A stretch of DNA of 64,000 nt, taken from Candidatus Daviesbacteria bacterium. Its GTDB lineage: Bacteria > Patescibacteriota > Microgenomatia > Daviesbacterales > UBA10151. Position numbers and translations under genes: made by a program. Every line of letters begins with the position of its first letter. Position 1 is the stretch's first letter. Location: NCBI GenBank assembly GCA_016187025.1, contig JACPKM010000001.1:320055-384054 (forward strand), given 5' to 3'. Shown here piece by piece: positions 1 through 10,570 of this stretch. The notes below the pieces were generated by a model that saw only the letters and a program-made list of their open reading frames with translations, was not told the origin of the DNA and made no database searches.

Positions 1-2
1 TA

Positions 3-326
3 ATTAGTAGATTAAAAAGACATAAAACAATTAGAAAAAGATTGGCAGGTATCAAAGATAAGCCTAGACTGGCAGTTTTTAGATCCAGTCAGCATATTTA
101 TGCTCAAATTATTGATGACTTAAAGGGAGAAACACTTGTATCAGAATCTGATCTAAAATATAAAGGCTCTAAAAAGCAAAAAGCTTATGAAGTAGGAAAA
201 AGTTTGGCAGAAAAGGCTTTAAAGATTAAAATAAGCAAAGTAGTGTTTGACCGGGGTGGCTTTTTGTATCACGGAAGAGTTGAGCAACTTGCAAAAGGCG
301 CAAGAGAAGGTGGGTTAAGTTTTTAA
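3..326 (+). CDS. rplR: 50S ribosomal protein L18 (5'-truncated by window edge)
   Basis: [17 protein letters not shown] and [12 protein letters not shown] motifs; the frame stays open upstream of 42 ([14 protein letters not shown]) to the window start. Confidence 0.97.
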   Translation: MSRLKRHKTIRKRLAGIKDKPRLAVFRSSQHIYAQIIDDLKGETLVSESDLKYKGSKKQKAYEVGKSLAEKALKIKISKVVFDRGGFLYHGRVEQLAKGAREGGLSF

Positions 327-327
327 T

Positions 328-816
328 ATGAGAAATAATGCAAAAGAATTTAATAATGAAGTTTCAGAGTACTTTGAAAAAGTAGTTCAGGTAAACCGTG
401 TTTCCAAAAAGACAAAAGGTGGGGATAAGAGATCTTTATCGGTGCTGGTAGTGGCAGGAGATAAAAAAGGCAAAGTAGGGGTCGGGTTGGGAAAAGCAGC
501 TGATGTACAAGCAGCAGTAAGAAAGGCAACAAACTATGCAAAAAAGCACTTAATCGCTATTGCTTTAAAAGGAACAACTATTCCTCATGAGATTTATATT
601 AAAAAAGGTGCAGCAAAGGTTTTGCTAAAACCCGCTCCGGTTGGTACAGGAGTTATAGCTGGTGGGGCTGTGCGTGTGGTAGTTGAAGCTGCAGGAATCC
701 ATGATATAGTTTCAAAAACTTTAGGAACTAAAAATCAAGCATCAAATGTCTATGCAACTTTAGAAGCTTTATCTAGACTTAAAAAGGTAAAAGGGGGTAG
801 TGATAATGCAGCTTAA
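328..816 (+). CDS. rpsE: 30S ribosomal protein S5
   Basis: [23 protein letters not shown]; spc operon position. Confidence 0.98.
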   Translation: MRNNAKEFNNEVSEYFEKVVQVNRVSKKTKGGDKRSLSVLVVAGDKKGKVGVGLGKAADVQAAVRKATNYAKKHLIAIALKGTTIPHEIYIKKGAAKVLLKPAPVGTGVIAGGAVRVVVEAAGIHDIVSKTLGTKNQASNVYATLEALSRLKKVKGGSDNAA

Positions 817-1240
817 TCATCTACCAAAAGTTAAAAAAAATAGTAGTAAAAGAATATCCCGGGGTTTAGGATCTGGGAAAGGTAAGACTGGTGGAAGGGG
901 TAGTAAAGGCCAAAAAGCCCGTGGGAAAGTTCCAATTGGTTTTGTGGGAAGTTTGCCACTGTATAAAAAGCTTCCGCTTGTAAGAGGCAAGGGAAATAGG
1001 AAAAAATCTACAAGATCAAAAGTTATTAATTTATCTGATTTGAATGTTTTTCCAGCAAAAACAATAATAGATTTACCAAAGTTAATTGAAGCAAAGGTAG
1101 TTACGCAAAAGCAGGCAAGTTTTGGGGTTAAAATATTAGGTAAAGGAGAAATAACAAAAGCTTTAACAGTGAAACTTCCTTTGTCAAAAAGTGCACAACA
1201 GAAAATAGAGTCAAGTGGTGGAAAGGTAGAGAATGGATAA
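806..1240 (+). CDS. rplO: 50S ribosomal protein L15
   Basis: [28 protein letters not shown]; follows rpsE directly (no rpmD). Confidence 0.97.
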   Translation: MQLNHLPKVKKNSSKRISRGLGSGKGKTGGRGSKGQKARGKVPIGFVGSLPLYKKLPLVRGKGNRKKSTRSKVINLSDLNVFPAKTIIDLPKLIEAKVVTQKQASFGVKILGKGEITKALTVKLPLSKSAQQKIESSGGKVENG

Positions 1241-2522
1241 GATCCTATCTCCTATTGTTAATGCATTTAAAATTGCAGAACTAAGAAGAAAGATCACCGT
1301 AACCATTATAATTCTGATAATTTTTAGAATTATTGCTCATATACCTGTATCCGGGGTAGATTTGCAAGGTCTAAGGTCACTGTTTGCAAGCAGTCAGTTA
1401 CTGGGCCTTCTTGATATTTTTAGCGGAGGAACTTTAGTTAACTTTTCCATCATCTCTTTGGGGTTAAATCCTTACATTAATGCATCAATTATTATCCAGC
1501 TTCTGACAATGATATTTCCCAAGCTGGAAGAATTGTCCAAAGAAGGGGAGTTTGGAAGACAAAAAATTAATCAGTATACCCGTTATTTAACTGTACCATT
1601 GGCTTTAGTCCAAGCCATAGGCATGTATGTTTTACTCAAAAACCAAGGTATCTTAACTAATGTGACACCGCTTGAGATTGCCTCAATTATGGTTGGAATG
1701 ACAGCAGGAACGATATTTTTAATGTGGCTTGGAGAGCTGATTACAGAGTATGGTATTGGTAATGGTATTTCTCTTTTAATCTTTGCTGGTATAGTTTCTA
1801 GAATTCCGGTAGTACTGACTCAAACTGCTACTCTGACAAACCAAGAGCAGCTCATAAATATAATTATTTTTATAGCTTTGAGTTTGCTGGTTATTGCAGG
1901 AGTGGTATTTGTTAATGAAGGACGACGGCAAATTTCTGTACAATATGCCAGACGCTCAGCCCAAGGTAAAGAAAGCGGCGGAGTAAAAACTTACCTGCCT
2001 TTGAGAGTAAACCAAGCAGGGGTAATCCCAATCATATTTGCTGTGTCTCTTGTCCTGATACCTTCCTTTGCAGGTACTTATTTTGCTCAGCTTCCTCAAG
2101 TTCAGTTGTCGCAAATTGGTAGATGGTTTGCTGCTAACTTTACTCCGGATAGTATCTTATATAATTTAGTTTATTTTGCATTAGTAGTAGGCTTTACTTT
2201 CTTTTACACAGCCATAATATTTAACCCGACAAAAATTTCCGATGAAATTAAAAAGTACGGAGGGTTTATACCAGGTATCCGCCCCGGTACTGCTACAGCA
2301 GCTTATCTGAGCTATATTATGGTAAGAATTACTTTAGCAGGTGCTCTCTTTTTAGGAAGTATTGCAATACTTCCATCCATCGCAGCACAAGCAACAGGAA
2401 TAACAACTTTAGTACTAGGAGGAACGGGTTTGCTGATTGTCGTTTCGGTGGTAATGGATACAGCAAAACAGTTTGAAAGTAAGCTAATAGAAAGAAGCTA
2501 TGAGGTATTTACTAACAGATGA
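1233..2522 (+). CDS. secY: Preprotein translocase subunit SecY
   Basis: [40 protein letters not shown]; about 10 TM segments. Confidence 0.99.
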   Translation: MDKILSPIVNAFKIAELRRKITVTIIILIIFRIIAHIPVSGVDLQGLRSLFASSQLLGLLDIFSGGTLVNFSIISLGLNPYINASIIIQLLTMIFPKLEELSKEGEFGRQKINQYTRYLTVPLALVQAIGMYVLLKNQGILTNVTPLEIASIMVGMTAGTIFLMWLGELITEYGIGNGISLLIFAGIVSRIPVVLTQTATLTNQEQLINIIIFIALSLLVIAGVVFVNEGRRQISVQYARRSAQGKESGGVKTYLPLRVNQAGVIPIIFAVSLVLIPSFAGTYFAQLPQVQLSQIGRWFAANFTPDSILYNLVYFALVVGFTFFYTAIIFNPTKISDEIKKYGGFIPGIRPGTATAAYLSYIMVRITLAGALFLGSIAILPSIAAQATGITTLVLGGTGLLIVVSVVMDTAKQFESKLIERSYEVFTNR

Positions 2523-3061
2523 AGATGCTATTCATAGGCCCTGTGGGCTCTGGTAAGTCAACACAGGCTGGGCTGCTGTCAAGCTTTTTGAACATCCCTT
2601 ATATCACCACCGGAGATATCCTAAGAAAGGTTTCGGATGAGGATACAGAGTTAGGGAGAAGAGTTAGGGAGGATATACAAAGTGGAGTTTTGGTAAATGA
2701 TAGAGTTGTCGCAGAGATTATTGAAAAGAGAGTTTCTGAAGATGATTGTAGGGAAGGATATGTGGTAGATGGGTATCCCCGGACATTAAAACAAATAGAA
2801 ATATTTGATCCGGGCTTTGATAAAGTTTTTTATCTACATATTCCTGATCAGGAAGCAGTTAAAAGGCTTTTAAAAAGAGGGCGGGTAGATGATAAAGAGG
2901 AAGTGATACAAAAAAGACTTAATGTATATTACCTACTAACTCAGCCCTTGCTTGCCTTTTATGAAAATATGGGAAATCTTATAAAAATTCCTGCCACAGA
3001 GTCTATTGATAGAGTTCAACAACAGGTAAGGGAGTATTTAAAAGGTGAAACTACGGAATAA
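2519..3061 (+). CDS. adk: Adenylate kinase (short LID type)
   Basis: [11 protein letters not shown]-loop, TGDILR, DGYPRT; after secY. Confidence 0.95.
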   Translation: MKMLFIGPVGSGKSTQAGLLSSFLNIPYITTGDILRKVSDEDTELGRRVREDIQSGVLVNDRVVAEIIEKRVSEDDCREGYVVDGYPRTLKQIEIFDPGFDKVFYLHIPDQEAVKRLLKRGRVDDKEEVIQKRLNVYYLLTQPLLAFYENMGNLIKIPATESIDRVQQQVREYLKGETTE

Positions 3062-3797
3062 GTATGAGCTTTCTTTAATGCGGAAAAGCGGTGGCATTAG
3101 CGCTAATGCATTAAAAAAGGCAGTAGAAAGCCTAAAAAGTGGGATAACTGGTTTAGAGCTTGATAAAATTGTCAAAGACGAAATTTATCGGTTAGGAGGG
3201 GAGCTGTCTTATAAAACAGTCCCTGGGTTTGACTGGGCAAGTTGTATAACAATTAATGAGCAGGTAGTTCACGGTATACCTTCTAATAGAAAAGTTGAAA
3301 AGGGGGATTTAGTTAGTGTGGACTTGGCTGCAATGTATAAAGGATGGCATACAGATACTGCTTGGAGTGTACTGGTTGAAGATGGTGATAGTAAGAAAGC
3401 GGAATTTTTGAGTATTGGAGAAGAGGCTTTATGGCTTGGTATCAAACAGGCAGTGGATGGCAAAAGAATTGGGGATATTTCAAATGCTATCCAGTCAAAA
3501 GTCGAGGGTGCAGGACATAAAATTGTGAGAAGTTTGGTAGGACACGGTGTAGGAAGAAAGTTGCATGAGGATCCCGAGATTCCAGGATATGGAGAAGCGG
3601 GTACAGGTGAGCTGCTCAAAGAGGGAATGACCATTGCAATTGAGGTTATTTATACTATGGGTACTAGTGAGGTAGTTTTGGGAGAGGACGGATGGACTTA
3701 TTCTTCAGTGGATGGGTCACCTGCTGGTTTATTTGAAATGACTGTGATTGTAGGTAAAAAAGAGGCTGAGGTATTAACAGATTGGAGGCGGGTTTAA
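3045..3797 (+). CDS. map: Methionine aminopeptidase type I
   Basis: [30 protein letters not shown]. Confidence 0.96.
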   Translation: MKLRNKYELSLMRKSGGISANALKKAVESLKSGITGLELDKIVKDEIYRLGGELSYKTVPGFDWASCITINEQVVHGIPSNRKVEKGDLVSVDLAAMYKGWHTDTAWSVLVEDGDSKKAEFLSIGEEALWLGIKQAVDGKRIGDISNAIQSKVEGAGHKIVRSLVGHGVGRKLHEDPEIPGYGEAGTGELLKEGMTIAIEVIYTMGTSEVVLGEDGWTYSSVDGSPAGLFEMTVIVGKKEAEVLTDWRRV

Positions 3798-3865
3798 CCG
3801 AATGCTATGGGTTGTATTCGGAATGTGATTTTGGTAGAATTACCAAAGTCTTTCTAAGACAGATT

Positions 3866-4105
3866 ATGAATGATGTGATAGAAGTAGAAGGTAAAGTAGT
3901 AGAAGTATTACCAAATACTTTATTTAGAATTGAAATTACTAGATGTGATAGTTTACCCGAATTAGTAGGAAGGGTTATTTTGTGTCATATTTCAGGGAAG
4001 ATGCGGATGCACTATATCAGGCTTTTAGAAGGCGATAAAGTTCGGGTAGAAATGAGTCCAAAGTATGATTTGGATAAGGGCCGTATTACATTTAGATTAA
4101 AATAA
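3866..4105 (+). CDS. infA: Translation initiation factor IF-1
   Basis: [12 protein letters not shown]...HISGKMR...GDKVRVEMS; start moved to ATG 3866. Confidence 0.96.
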   Translation: MNDVIEVEGKVVEVLPNTLFRIEITRCDSLPELVGRVILCHISGKMRMHYIRLLEGDKVRVEMSPKYDLDKGRITFRLK

Positions 4106-4106
4106 C

Positions 4107-4223
4107 ATGAAAGTTCAAGCGTCAATAAAAACTAGGTGTAAATTTTGCAAAGTGGTAAAAAGAGAAGGTATGTTGTATGTTATATGTTCTCGTGATTCGA
4201 GACATAAGCAAAGACAAGGATAA
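4107..4223 (+). CDS. rpmJ: 50S ribosomal protein L36 (not in ORF track)
   Basis: Manual translation [38 protein letters not shown]; C-x2-C..C..H zinc motif; lies between infA and rpsM. Confidence 0.97.
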   Translation: MKVQASIKTRCKFCKVVKREGMLYVICSRDSRHKQRQG

Positions 4224-4226
4224 ATA

Positions 4227-4628
4227 ATGGCTAGAATTGCAGGAGTTGATTTACCAGAACAAAAAAGAGTAGATATTGGCCTTACCTATATATACGGTAT
4301 TGGCAGAAAAAACGTGGAGAAAATGTTAAAAGATTCTGGTGTAGATCCGGCAAAAAGAGTCAAGGATTTAACAGAAGAAGAGACTGGCAAACTACAAAAG
4401 ACTGTTGAGCAATTTAAAGTAGAGGGAGATTTAAGGAGAGAAGTAGAGCAAAATATCAAAAGACTGGAAGAGATAGGAACTTATAGAGGTTTAAGACATA
4501 GAAAGAATCTGCCGGCTAGAGGGCAAAGAACTAGAAGTAACGCAAGAACAAAAAGAGGTAAGAGAAAGACCGTAGGATCAATCAGGAAAGATGTAGCAAC
4601 AACTAAAGCAGCTGCTCCATCTGCCTAG
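4227..4628 (+). CDS. rpsM: 30S ribosomal protein S13
   Basis: [34 protein letters not shown]. Confidence 0.98.
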   Translation: MARIAGVDLPEQKRVDIGLTYIYGIGRKNVEKMLKDSGVDPAKRVKDLTEEETGKLQKTVEQFKVEGDLRREVEQNIKRLEEIGTYRGLRHRKNLPARGQRTRSNARTKRGKRKTVGSIRKDVATTKAAAPSA

Positions 4629-4646
4629 GTATAAAGGAAAGAAAAT

Positions 4647-5048
4647 ATGGCAAAGAAAACAGCAAAATCAACAAAAGCTAAAAAGCAAAAAGTAGAGCGA
4701 AAAGTAAGCAGCGGCAGAGTTTATGTAACTGCAACTTTTAACAATACTTTAGTAACACTGACAGACTCCAATGGTGCAACGCTTGCTTGGAGTTCTTCAG
4801 GAGAAGCTGGGTTTAAAGGAGCCAGAAAAGCTACTCCTTTTGCTGCAATCAGCGCCGTAGAAAAAGTTGCCCAGAAAGCCAAAGAAGTTGGAATGACAAA
4901 CTGTGAAGTATATATTAAAGGACCAGGGCCAGGAAGAGATGCATCTGTCAAAGCCTTAAGAAGTGCGGGGTTAAATATAACTATGATTGCCGATATCACA
5001 CCTATCCCACATAATGGACCAAGACCTAAAAAGAGGAGGAGAGTTTAA
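4647..5048 (+). CDS. rpsK: 30S ribosomal protein S11
   Basis: ATFNNT, GFKGARKATPFAA, DITPIPHNG. Confidence 0.98.
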   Translation: MAKKTAKSTKAKKQKVERKVSSGRVYVTATFNNTLVTLTDSNGATLAWSSSGEAGFKGARKATPFAAISAVEKVAQKAKEVGMTNCEVYIKGPGPGRDASVKALRSAGLNITMIADITPIPHNGPRPKKRRRV

Positions 5049-5651
5049 ATGGCGCGTTATACTGGTCCAAAGAGAAGATTATCAAGGAGAGAAGGAATCC
5101 CCCTTTTTAGCAAAGATGTTGAATACTTGGAAAGAAAAGGTGCTATTCCTCCTGGACAGCATGGGTTTTCAAGAAAAAGAAGGTTGTCTGAATATGGATT
5201 GCAGCTCCGCGAAAAGCAAAAAGCAAAAAGGCTTTATGGAATCCTTGAAAAACAATTTGCCAAATATTATAAAATTGCTAGTAAAGTTAAGGGTGCAACC
5301 GGTGTAACCTTACTTGCACTTTTAGAAACAAGATTAGATAATATAGTCTACCGTTTGGCATTTGCAAGCAGCCGTGCCTCAGCCAGACAATATGTTGGCC
5401 ATGGACATATCTTGGTGGATGGGAAAAAAGTCCAAATTCCCTCATACCAGGTCAAACCGGGACAGACTATTGCATTATCATCAAAATTGTTGGATAATAC
5501 ACAGGTCAAAAAAAGTTTAGAAGAGAGTAAGACCTTGCCAGAGTGGCTAGAAAGGAAAGCTGCAGTAGGCAAGGTTTTAAGATCGCCGGAACGGGAAGAG
5601 ATGGAAGAATCGGTTAACGAGCAAATGATTGTTGAGTACTACTCAAGGTAA
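5049..5651 (+). CDS. rpsD: 30S ribosomal protein S4
   Basis: MARYTGP, SEYGLQLREKQK, LETRLDN, IVEYYSR. Confidence 0.98.
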   Translation: MARYTGPKRRLSRREGIPLFSKDVEYLERKGAIPPGQHGFSRKRRLSEYGLQLREKQKAKRLYGILEKQFAKYYKIASKVKGATGVTLLALLETRLDNIVYRLAFASSRASARQYVGHGHILVDGKKVQIPSYQVKPGQTIALSSKLLDNTQVKKSLEESKTLPEWLERKAAVGKVLRSPEREEMEESVNEQMIVEYYSR

Positions 5652-5663
5652 GGAGATTTGTAA

Positions 5664-6572
5664 ATGTTTAAGATAAAACCAGAATTAGAAAAAGATAACT
5701 ATACAAAATTTGTGATTGAACCTTTGGAACAAGGATTTGGTAATACACTTGGAAATGGGCTTAGAAGAGTACTGCTAAGTTCCCTTGAAGGTTCTGCTAT
5801 TACCTCTGTCAAAATTGACGGCGTTGCTCATCAATTTTCTACTATTGAAGGAGTCTCAGAGGATGTAATTGAGATCATATTAAACATTAAAAAAGTAAGA
5901 GTAAACGTCCATTCTGATTCCCCTATCAAACTATCTCTTAAGGTATCCGGTAAAAAAGCAGTACAAGCTAAAGACATTGAAGTATTAGGAGATGGAGAAA
6001 TAGCCAATCCAGAGCAACACATAGCAAATGTAAATGATGCTAAAGCTAAATTAAACATTGAAATGACTGCAGAAAAAGGCAAAGGTTACTCTGTTGCAGA
6101 TGAAAGAAAAAATGGTGAGATTGGAGTTATAGCCATAGATGCTTTATTTAGCCCAGTAGTGGCAGTTAATTATTCAATTGAGCCAACCCGTGTCGGAAGA
6201 AGTACAAACTACGACAAGCTTACCTTAGAAGTAACAACAGATGGTACAATTTCATCCCTTGATGCAGTAAACCAAGCAGCCCGGATTTTATCTGACACTT
6301 TTAGAGAAGTATATGAACCAGATACCGAAGAAGTAGTAGCAGAAGACCAAGGAACTAAAATCTCTGGTGAGACTTTAGAGCTAACAATCGAGGAGCTGGA
6401 TCTTCCAGTAAGGATTACCAATGCCCTAAAAGCAATAGAAATAAACACCATCGGAGACTTAATTAATATGCCTAGGGCCCAGCTTCTAAAAGCAAAAAAC
6501 TTAGGTAGTAAATCGTTAAGCTTAATTTCTGAAAAGCTTTCCGAGAGGGGGTTGTCTTTAGGTGAGGCATAG
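5664..6572 (+). CDS. rpoA: RNA polymerase alpha subunit
   Basis: EPLEQGFGNTLGNGLRRVLLSS, IDALFSPV, alpha-CTD. Confidence 0.98.
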   Translation: MFKIKPELEKDNYTKFVIEPLEQGFGNTLGNGLRRVLLSSLEGSAITSVKIDGVAHQFSTIEGVSEDVIEIILNIKKVRVNVHSDSPIKLSLKVSGKKAVQAKDIEVLGDGEIANPEQHIANVNDAKAKLNIEMTAEKGKGYSVADERKNGEIGVIAIDALFSPVVAVNYSIEPTRVGRSTNYDKLTLEVTTDGTISSLDAVNQAARILSDTFREVYEPDTEEVVAEDQGTKISGETLELTIEELDLPVRITNALKAIEINTIGDLINMPRAQLLKAKNLGSKSLSLISEKLSERGLSLGEA

Positions 6573-7038
6573 AGTTTATGGTAAACACTTGGGAAGAGAT
6601 ATTAACGAAAGAAAAGCCCTTTTTAAAAGCTTAATTTACTCTCTTTTCAACTACGGTACTATTGAAACTACTGATTCTAAGGCAAAAGCTGTCAGAGGTT
6701 TGGTAGATAAAGTTATCAACCTTGCAAAAGATAAAAAAACCCAATCCAATTTACAAAGATATATTAATGCTAAACCTTTAAGAAGTAGGCTAATAGAGGA
6801 GCTGATGCCTAAGTTAAAAGATAGAAACTCAGGCTACACCAGCCTGGTTAGGTTAGGAAGAAGACAGGGGGATAATGCAATGATGGTTAAAATGAGCTTA
6901 ATTGGCAATGAAGCGCTCAAACCCATAAATAAAGAAACTGTTAAAAAGCAAAGCAAACCAAAAGAAGATCAAACTCTCAAAAAAAAGACTCAACCCAGCA
7001 AAACAAAAGTTGTTAAAAAGGAGGCCAAAAACAAATAA
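6562..7038 (+). CDS. rplQ: 50S ribosomal protein L17 with Lys-rich C-terminal tail
   Basis: MRHR..G..LGR, IETT..KAK, SGYT..R.GDNA. Confidence 0.97.
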   Translation: MRHRVYGKHLGRDINERKALFKSLIYSLFNYGTIETTDSKAKAVRGLVDKVINLAKDKKTQSNLQRYINAKPLRSRLIEELMPKLKDRNSGYTSLVRLGRRQGDNAMMVKMSLIGNEALKPINKETVKKQSKPKEDQTLKKKTQPSKTKVVKKEAKNK

Positions 7039-7044
7039 ACAACT

Positions 7045-7470
7045 ATGTCTACATCGTCTGTATCTGCTAAACAAATCATAAGAAAATGGTATGTCATTGA
7101 TGCAAAGGAAAAAATCCTGGGAAGACTGGCAACAGATGTGGCAAAAATCCTAATGGGTAAAAATAAAATACAATATGTTCCTTATTTAGACCAAGGAGAC
7201 TATGTTGTAGTCACTAATGCCTCAAAGATAAAGTTAACAGGTAAAAAGGTAAGTCAAAAAAAATATGCTTCTCATTCTGGATATCCTGGCGGATATAAAG
7301 AAGTTCCTTTCAAAAAAGCAATAAGAGAGAAACCTTCGAAAATTATTGAACATGCTGTAAAAGGAATGCTGCCAAAAAATAAACTGGGAAGACAAATGAT
7401 CAAAAAATTAAAAGTTTTTGCAGATATGAATCATCCATATGAAAGTAAGTTAAAGGGGGAAGTAAAATAA
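7045..7470 (+). CDS. rplM: 50S ribosomal protein L13
   Basis: WYVIDA..LGRLAT, HSGYPGG, VKGMLPKNKLGR. Confidence 0.98.
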   Translation: MSTSSVSAKQIIRKWYVIDAKEKILGRLATDVAKILMGKNKIQYVPYLDQGDYVVVTNASKIKLTGKKVSQKKYASHSGYPGGYKEVPFKKAIREKPSKIIEHAVKGMLPKNKLGRQMIKKLKVFADMNHPYESKLKGEVK

Positions 7471-7473
7471 ACC

Positions 7474-7878
7474 ATGGCACAAACAGGTGTAGGCAATACT
7501 AGCTCAATAGGTAGAAGGAAAGAAGCTGTAGCAAGAGTGAGACTGGTGTCTGGAAAGGGTACTGTTACAGTTAATGGAAAACCCATCCATGAATATTTTT
7601 CTGGACCAATTTTTCAAAAAAAATATACCCGGCCAATAGAAATAACCCAAACAAATGATAAGTATGCTTTCTCAGTAAAGGTAGAAGGGGGAGGAGTTAT
7701 CTCTCAACTTTCTGCAGTAGTACATGGTATTGCCAGAGCAATTGCTCTTGCTGATCCAGCAAAAAGGTCAGATTTAAAAAAAGCAGGACTTTTAACACGG
7801 GATGCAAGGGTTAAGGAAAGAAGAAAATACGGTTTGGCTCATAAAGCGAGAGCCAAGAAACAGTCTCCAAAGAGGTAA
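7474..7878 (+). CDS. rpsI: 30S ribosomal protein S9
   Basis: GRRKEAVARV, LTRDARVKERRKYGL..AR...Q.PKR. Confidence 0.98.
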   Translation: MAQTGVGNTSSIGRRKEAVARVRLVSGKGTVTVNGKPIHEYFSGPIFQKKYTRPIEITQTNDKYAFSVKVEGGGVISQLSAVVHGIARAIALADPAKRSDLKKAGLLTRDARVKERRKYGLAHKARAKKQSPKR

Positions 7879-8388
7879 TCAGTCTGTTTTAAACACACCC
7901 TTCAGTTGGCCAAGCCTTCTTTTTAGTACCTTTATTAATTTATTAACAGTATCAAAAATCACCGGAAGTTCTAAATAATCAATCATTATAGCTACCCAGG
8001 CCAGCCACAATGGTAAAATTGTCTCAGTTCTGCCAGTAAGTTGCTCAACTACAAACTCATCTGTTATCCAAAAAATATGTAAAAACTGTGAATAAAGAAG
8101 GGTAATGTAAAGAGTGCTTTTAAAATCAAATTTTTTACGTAGGTTATTTAAATATATTAGCGATGTAGAAACCAGAGCCGGAATTTCGGTGTAATCTGCA
8201 AGTATTAGTAAATTTTGCAGTAAGGTTGTTGGATCCCATAAACTGACTCCAAAGATTTTGTGTATTACAACATGGGTTGTGAGCCAATAGAGGTGAACAA
8301 ATTGTATAGCAAACAATGCTACGGCAACAATGATATTTAGGGTGTAATGCTTGTTATACCAAGCCCAAAAAGTTTGGGGTATATTCAT
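7879..8388 (-). CDS. Hypothetical membrane protein (about 4 TM)
   Basis: 169-aa ORF with hydrophobic segments and an internal repeat (ADYTEIP / IDYLELP). Confidence 0.75.
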   Translation of the reverse strand: MNIPQTFWAWYNKHYTLNIIVAVALFAIQFVHLYWLTTHVVIHKIFGVSLWDPTTLLQNLLILADYTEIPALVSTSLIYLNNLRKKFDFKSTLYITLLYSQFLHIFWITDEFVVEQLTGRTETILPLWLAWVAIMIDYLELPVIFDTVNKLIKVLKRRLGQLKGVFKTD

Positions 8389-8435
8389 ATAATGTAATTA
8401 TACCCTTGATAAAGTATGCTAATATAGTTTGATAT

Positions 8436-10541
8436 ATGGATAACATCTCCAAACTTTTAGATCAGGTAAAGGATGGTTTTGCTACCCTAAACGTTGGAGA
8501 CAAGTATAAAAAGCAGGCACTCGGCTTTTTGAAAGAGTGGTTAGAAGATGAACAATTTTCAGAGTACCGTCCTCAAATAGAGCATCTGATAACTAATAAA
8601 TATTGGGATTATCTGCTGGATTCTTTCTACCAGATAATACCCTTTGGAACCGGAGGAAAAAGAGGTGAGGTTGGTGTTGGACCCAACCGAATTAATCCTT
8701 GGACTATCAAATCTTCTTGCCAGGGGCACTCCCAGTTTCTATTAAAACACTACGACGAAGACGCTAAAAAAAGAGGGGTGGTGGTGGCGTATGATGTCAG
8801 AGAATTCTTTTCAAACAAATATTTAAACGATAACCTGTCAAACCCAGTCAAGAATTTAACTTGTAAAGACTTAGCTGAAGATTGTGCCGAGGTTTATACC
8901 GGTAATGGGATTAAAGTCTATATCTTTGACAGTATCAGGTCTACTCCAGAACTATCCTTTGCTATCAGGTATCTTAATGCGGTTGGAGGAAGCATGATCT
9001 CTGCCTCTCATAATCCTCCGGAACATAATGGTCAAAAAATATACGATGAATACGGAGGTCAGCTAATTCCTCCTGATGATGAAAAATTAGTTAAGGAAGT
9101 AACTGAATATATGAGCAAAATCGAAGAGATGAGTTTCGTCCAGGCTCAGGGAAAAGGGCTAATAACTTTTATAGGAAAAGAAATTGATGAAGCGTATTTA
9201 AAGAACTTTTCTGAAATCAGTTTGTCCAAGAATAGGGATGTAAAAATTGTTTATACACCTTTGCACGGCACGGGGTTAACAAATGTTTTTGCAGCTTTAG
9301 AGAGTGTGGGATTCAAACCAGATAAAGACCCGAAAACATCTTTCTCTTCCGGAAAGTTTGAAAATATCACTTTTAACATTCCTAACCCAGAGGTGGAGCA
9401 GTCGTTTGAGACATCTTTGAAATATGCAAAAGAGGTCAATGCTGATTTATTGCTTTCTTCAGATCCTGACTCGGATAGATTCGGTGCAATGGTAAAGCAT
9501 AATGGTAAATGGGTATTTTTAAATGGAAACGAAATTGCAGTTATACTAAGTGAATATATCATTCAAAAAAGAGCAGATAAGCGAAACAAAGGGATAATGA
9601 TTAAAACAGCGGTTACTACAGATTTAATGAGGGAGATCTGCGAAAAAAATAATATACATCTGATAGGGGATTTACTGGTTGGTTATAAGTACGTTGGTGA
9701 GGAGATGAATAAGTTAGAAAGACAAGGCAGGGTAGATGATGTGATATTAAGCTGTGAGGAATCACACGGTTACTTGATCGGTACTTATGCGCGGGACAAA
9801 GACGGGGCAGCACCGGCGGTGCTATTTTCAGAGTTAGCAGCAGAGTTAAAGCAGAAAAACCAAACACCCATAGATTTTCTAAATCAAATCTATGCTAAGT
9901 ATGGTTACTTTAGAAACTATCTGACAGAGATCAGGTTACCCGGGGCAGAAGGAAAAGCGCAGATAGACAAAATACAAAATAGCTTAAGAACTACACCACC
10001 CTCTAGTTTTGGTAGGTTTAATGTTTCCCGGTTTGAGGATTACTTGAACAGAAAACCAATAGTTTCAGAAACCGATGCCGCTTCCAAAAATGTGCTGGCT
10101 TTTCATCTTGAACCGGTTACCGGAACACTTTCCTTAAAAATTACGGTTAGACCATCTAGAACTGAACCTAAGATTAAGATGTATTTTGAAATAGGAAGTG
10201 AGCCATTCAAAGAAGAAAATTTTGAAGATGTTAAAGGTCAGATAGAAGAGATTTTGCATGAGTTGGAAAAAGATTTTATGCAAACATGTTATAGAATAAT
10301 CGGTATAGATTTTCCTGACCGTGGATTTTTACTTTTCTGGCAACTACCTCTTCAATCAAAACTTCGGTATTTTGAGGTTGAAGAAAAAGTTTTAGAATTA
10401 AAAAATGTTACAGATAAAAAAGAGAGAAAAGAAAAGCTGATGGAGATGTTGGCGTTTCTAGGGTCTGACCCAATAAAAAAAGTAGATAAAGCATTTATCG
10501 CAGAATACCAAAAGCCAATCGAAGAATATCTGGAGCTTTAG
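8436..10541 (+). CDS. Alpha-D-phosphohexomutase (phosphoglucomutase/phosphomannomutase) with C-terminal extension
   Basis: FGTGG.RG, catalytic ISASHNP, metal loop DPDSDR, EESHG, RPS.TEPKIK. Confidence 0.93.
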   Translation: MDNISKLLDQVKDGFATLNVGDKYKKQALGFLKEWLEDEQFSEYRPQIEHLITNKYWDYLLDSFYQIIPFGTGGKRGEVGVGPNRINPWTIKSSCQGHSQFLLKHYDEDAKKRGVVVAYDVREFFSNKYLNDNLSNPVKNLTCKDLAEDCAEVYTGNGIKVYIFDSIRSTPELSFAIRYLNAVGGSMISASHNPPEHNGQKIYDEYGGQLIPPDDEKLVKEVTEYMSKIEEMSFVQAQGKGLITFIGKEIDEAYLKNFSEISLSKNRDVKIVYTPLHGTGLTNVFAALESVGFKPDKDPKTSFSSGKFENITFNIPNPEVEQSFETSLKYAKEVNADLLLSSDPDSDRFGAMVKHNGKWVFLNGNEIAVILSEYIIQKRADKRNKGIMIKTAVTTDLMREICEKNNIHLIGDLLVGYKYVGEEMNKLERQGRVDDVILSCEESHGYLIGTYARDKDGAAPAVLFSELAAELKQKNQTPIDFLNQIYAKYGYFRNYLTEIRLPGAEGKAQIDKIQNSLRTTPPSSFGRFNVSRFEDYLNRKPIVSETDAASKNVLAFHLEPVTGTLSLKITVRPSRTEPKIKMYFEIGSEPFKEENFEDVKGQIEEILHELEKDFMQTCYRIIGIDFPDRGFLLFWQLPLQSKLRYFEVEEKVLELKNVTDKKERKEKLMEMLAFLGSDPIKKVDKAFIAEYQKPIEEYLEL

Positions 10542-10570
10542 TTTGTTAAGAGTAGAGTCTTGCGAAACAA

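Noticed and set aside
817-830. No rpmD (L30) between rpsE and rplO
   Set aside because: Established CPR hallmark; used only for taxonomic inference.
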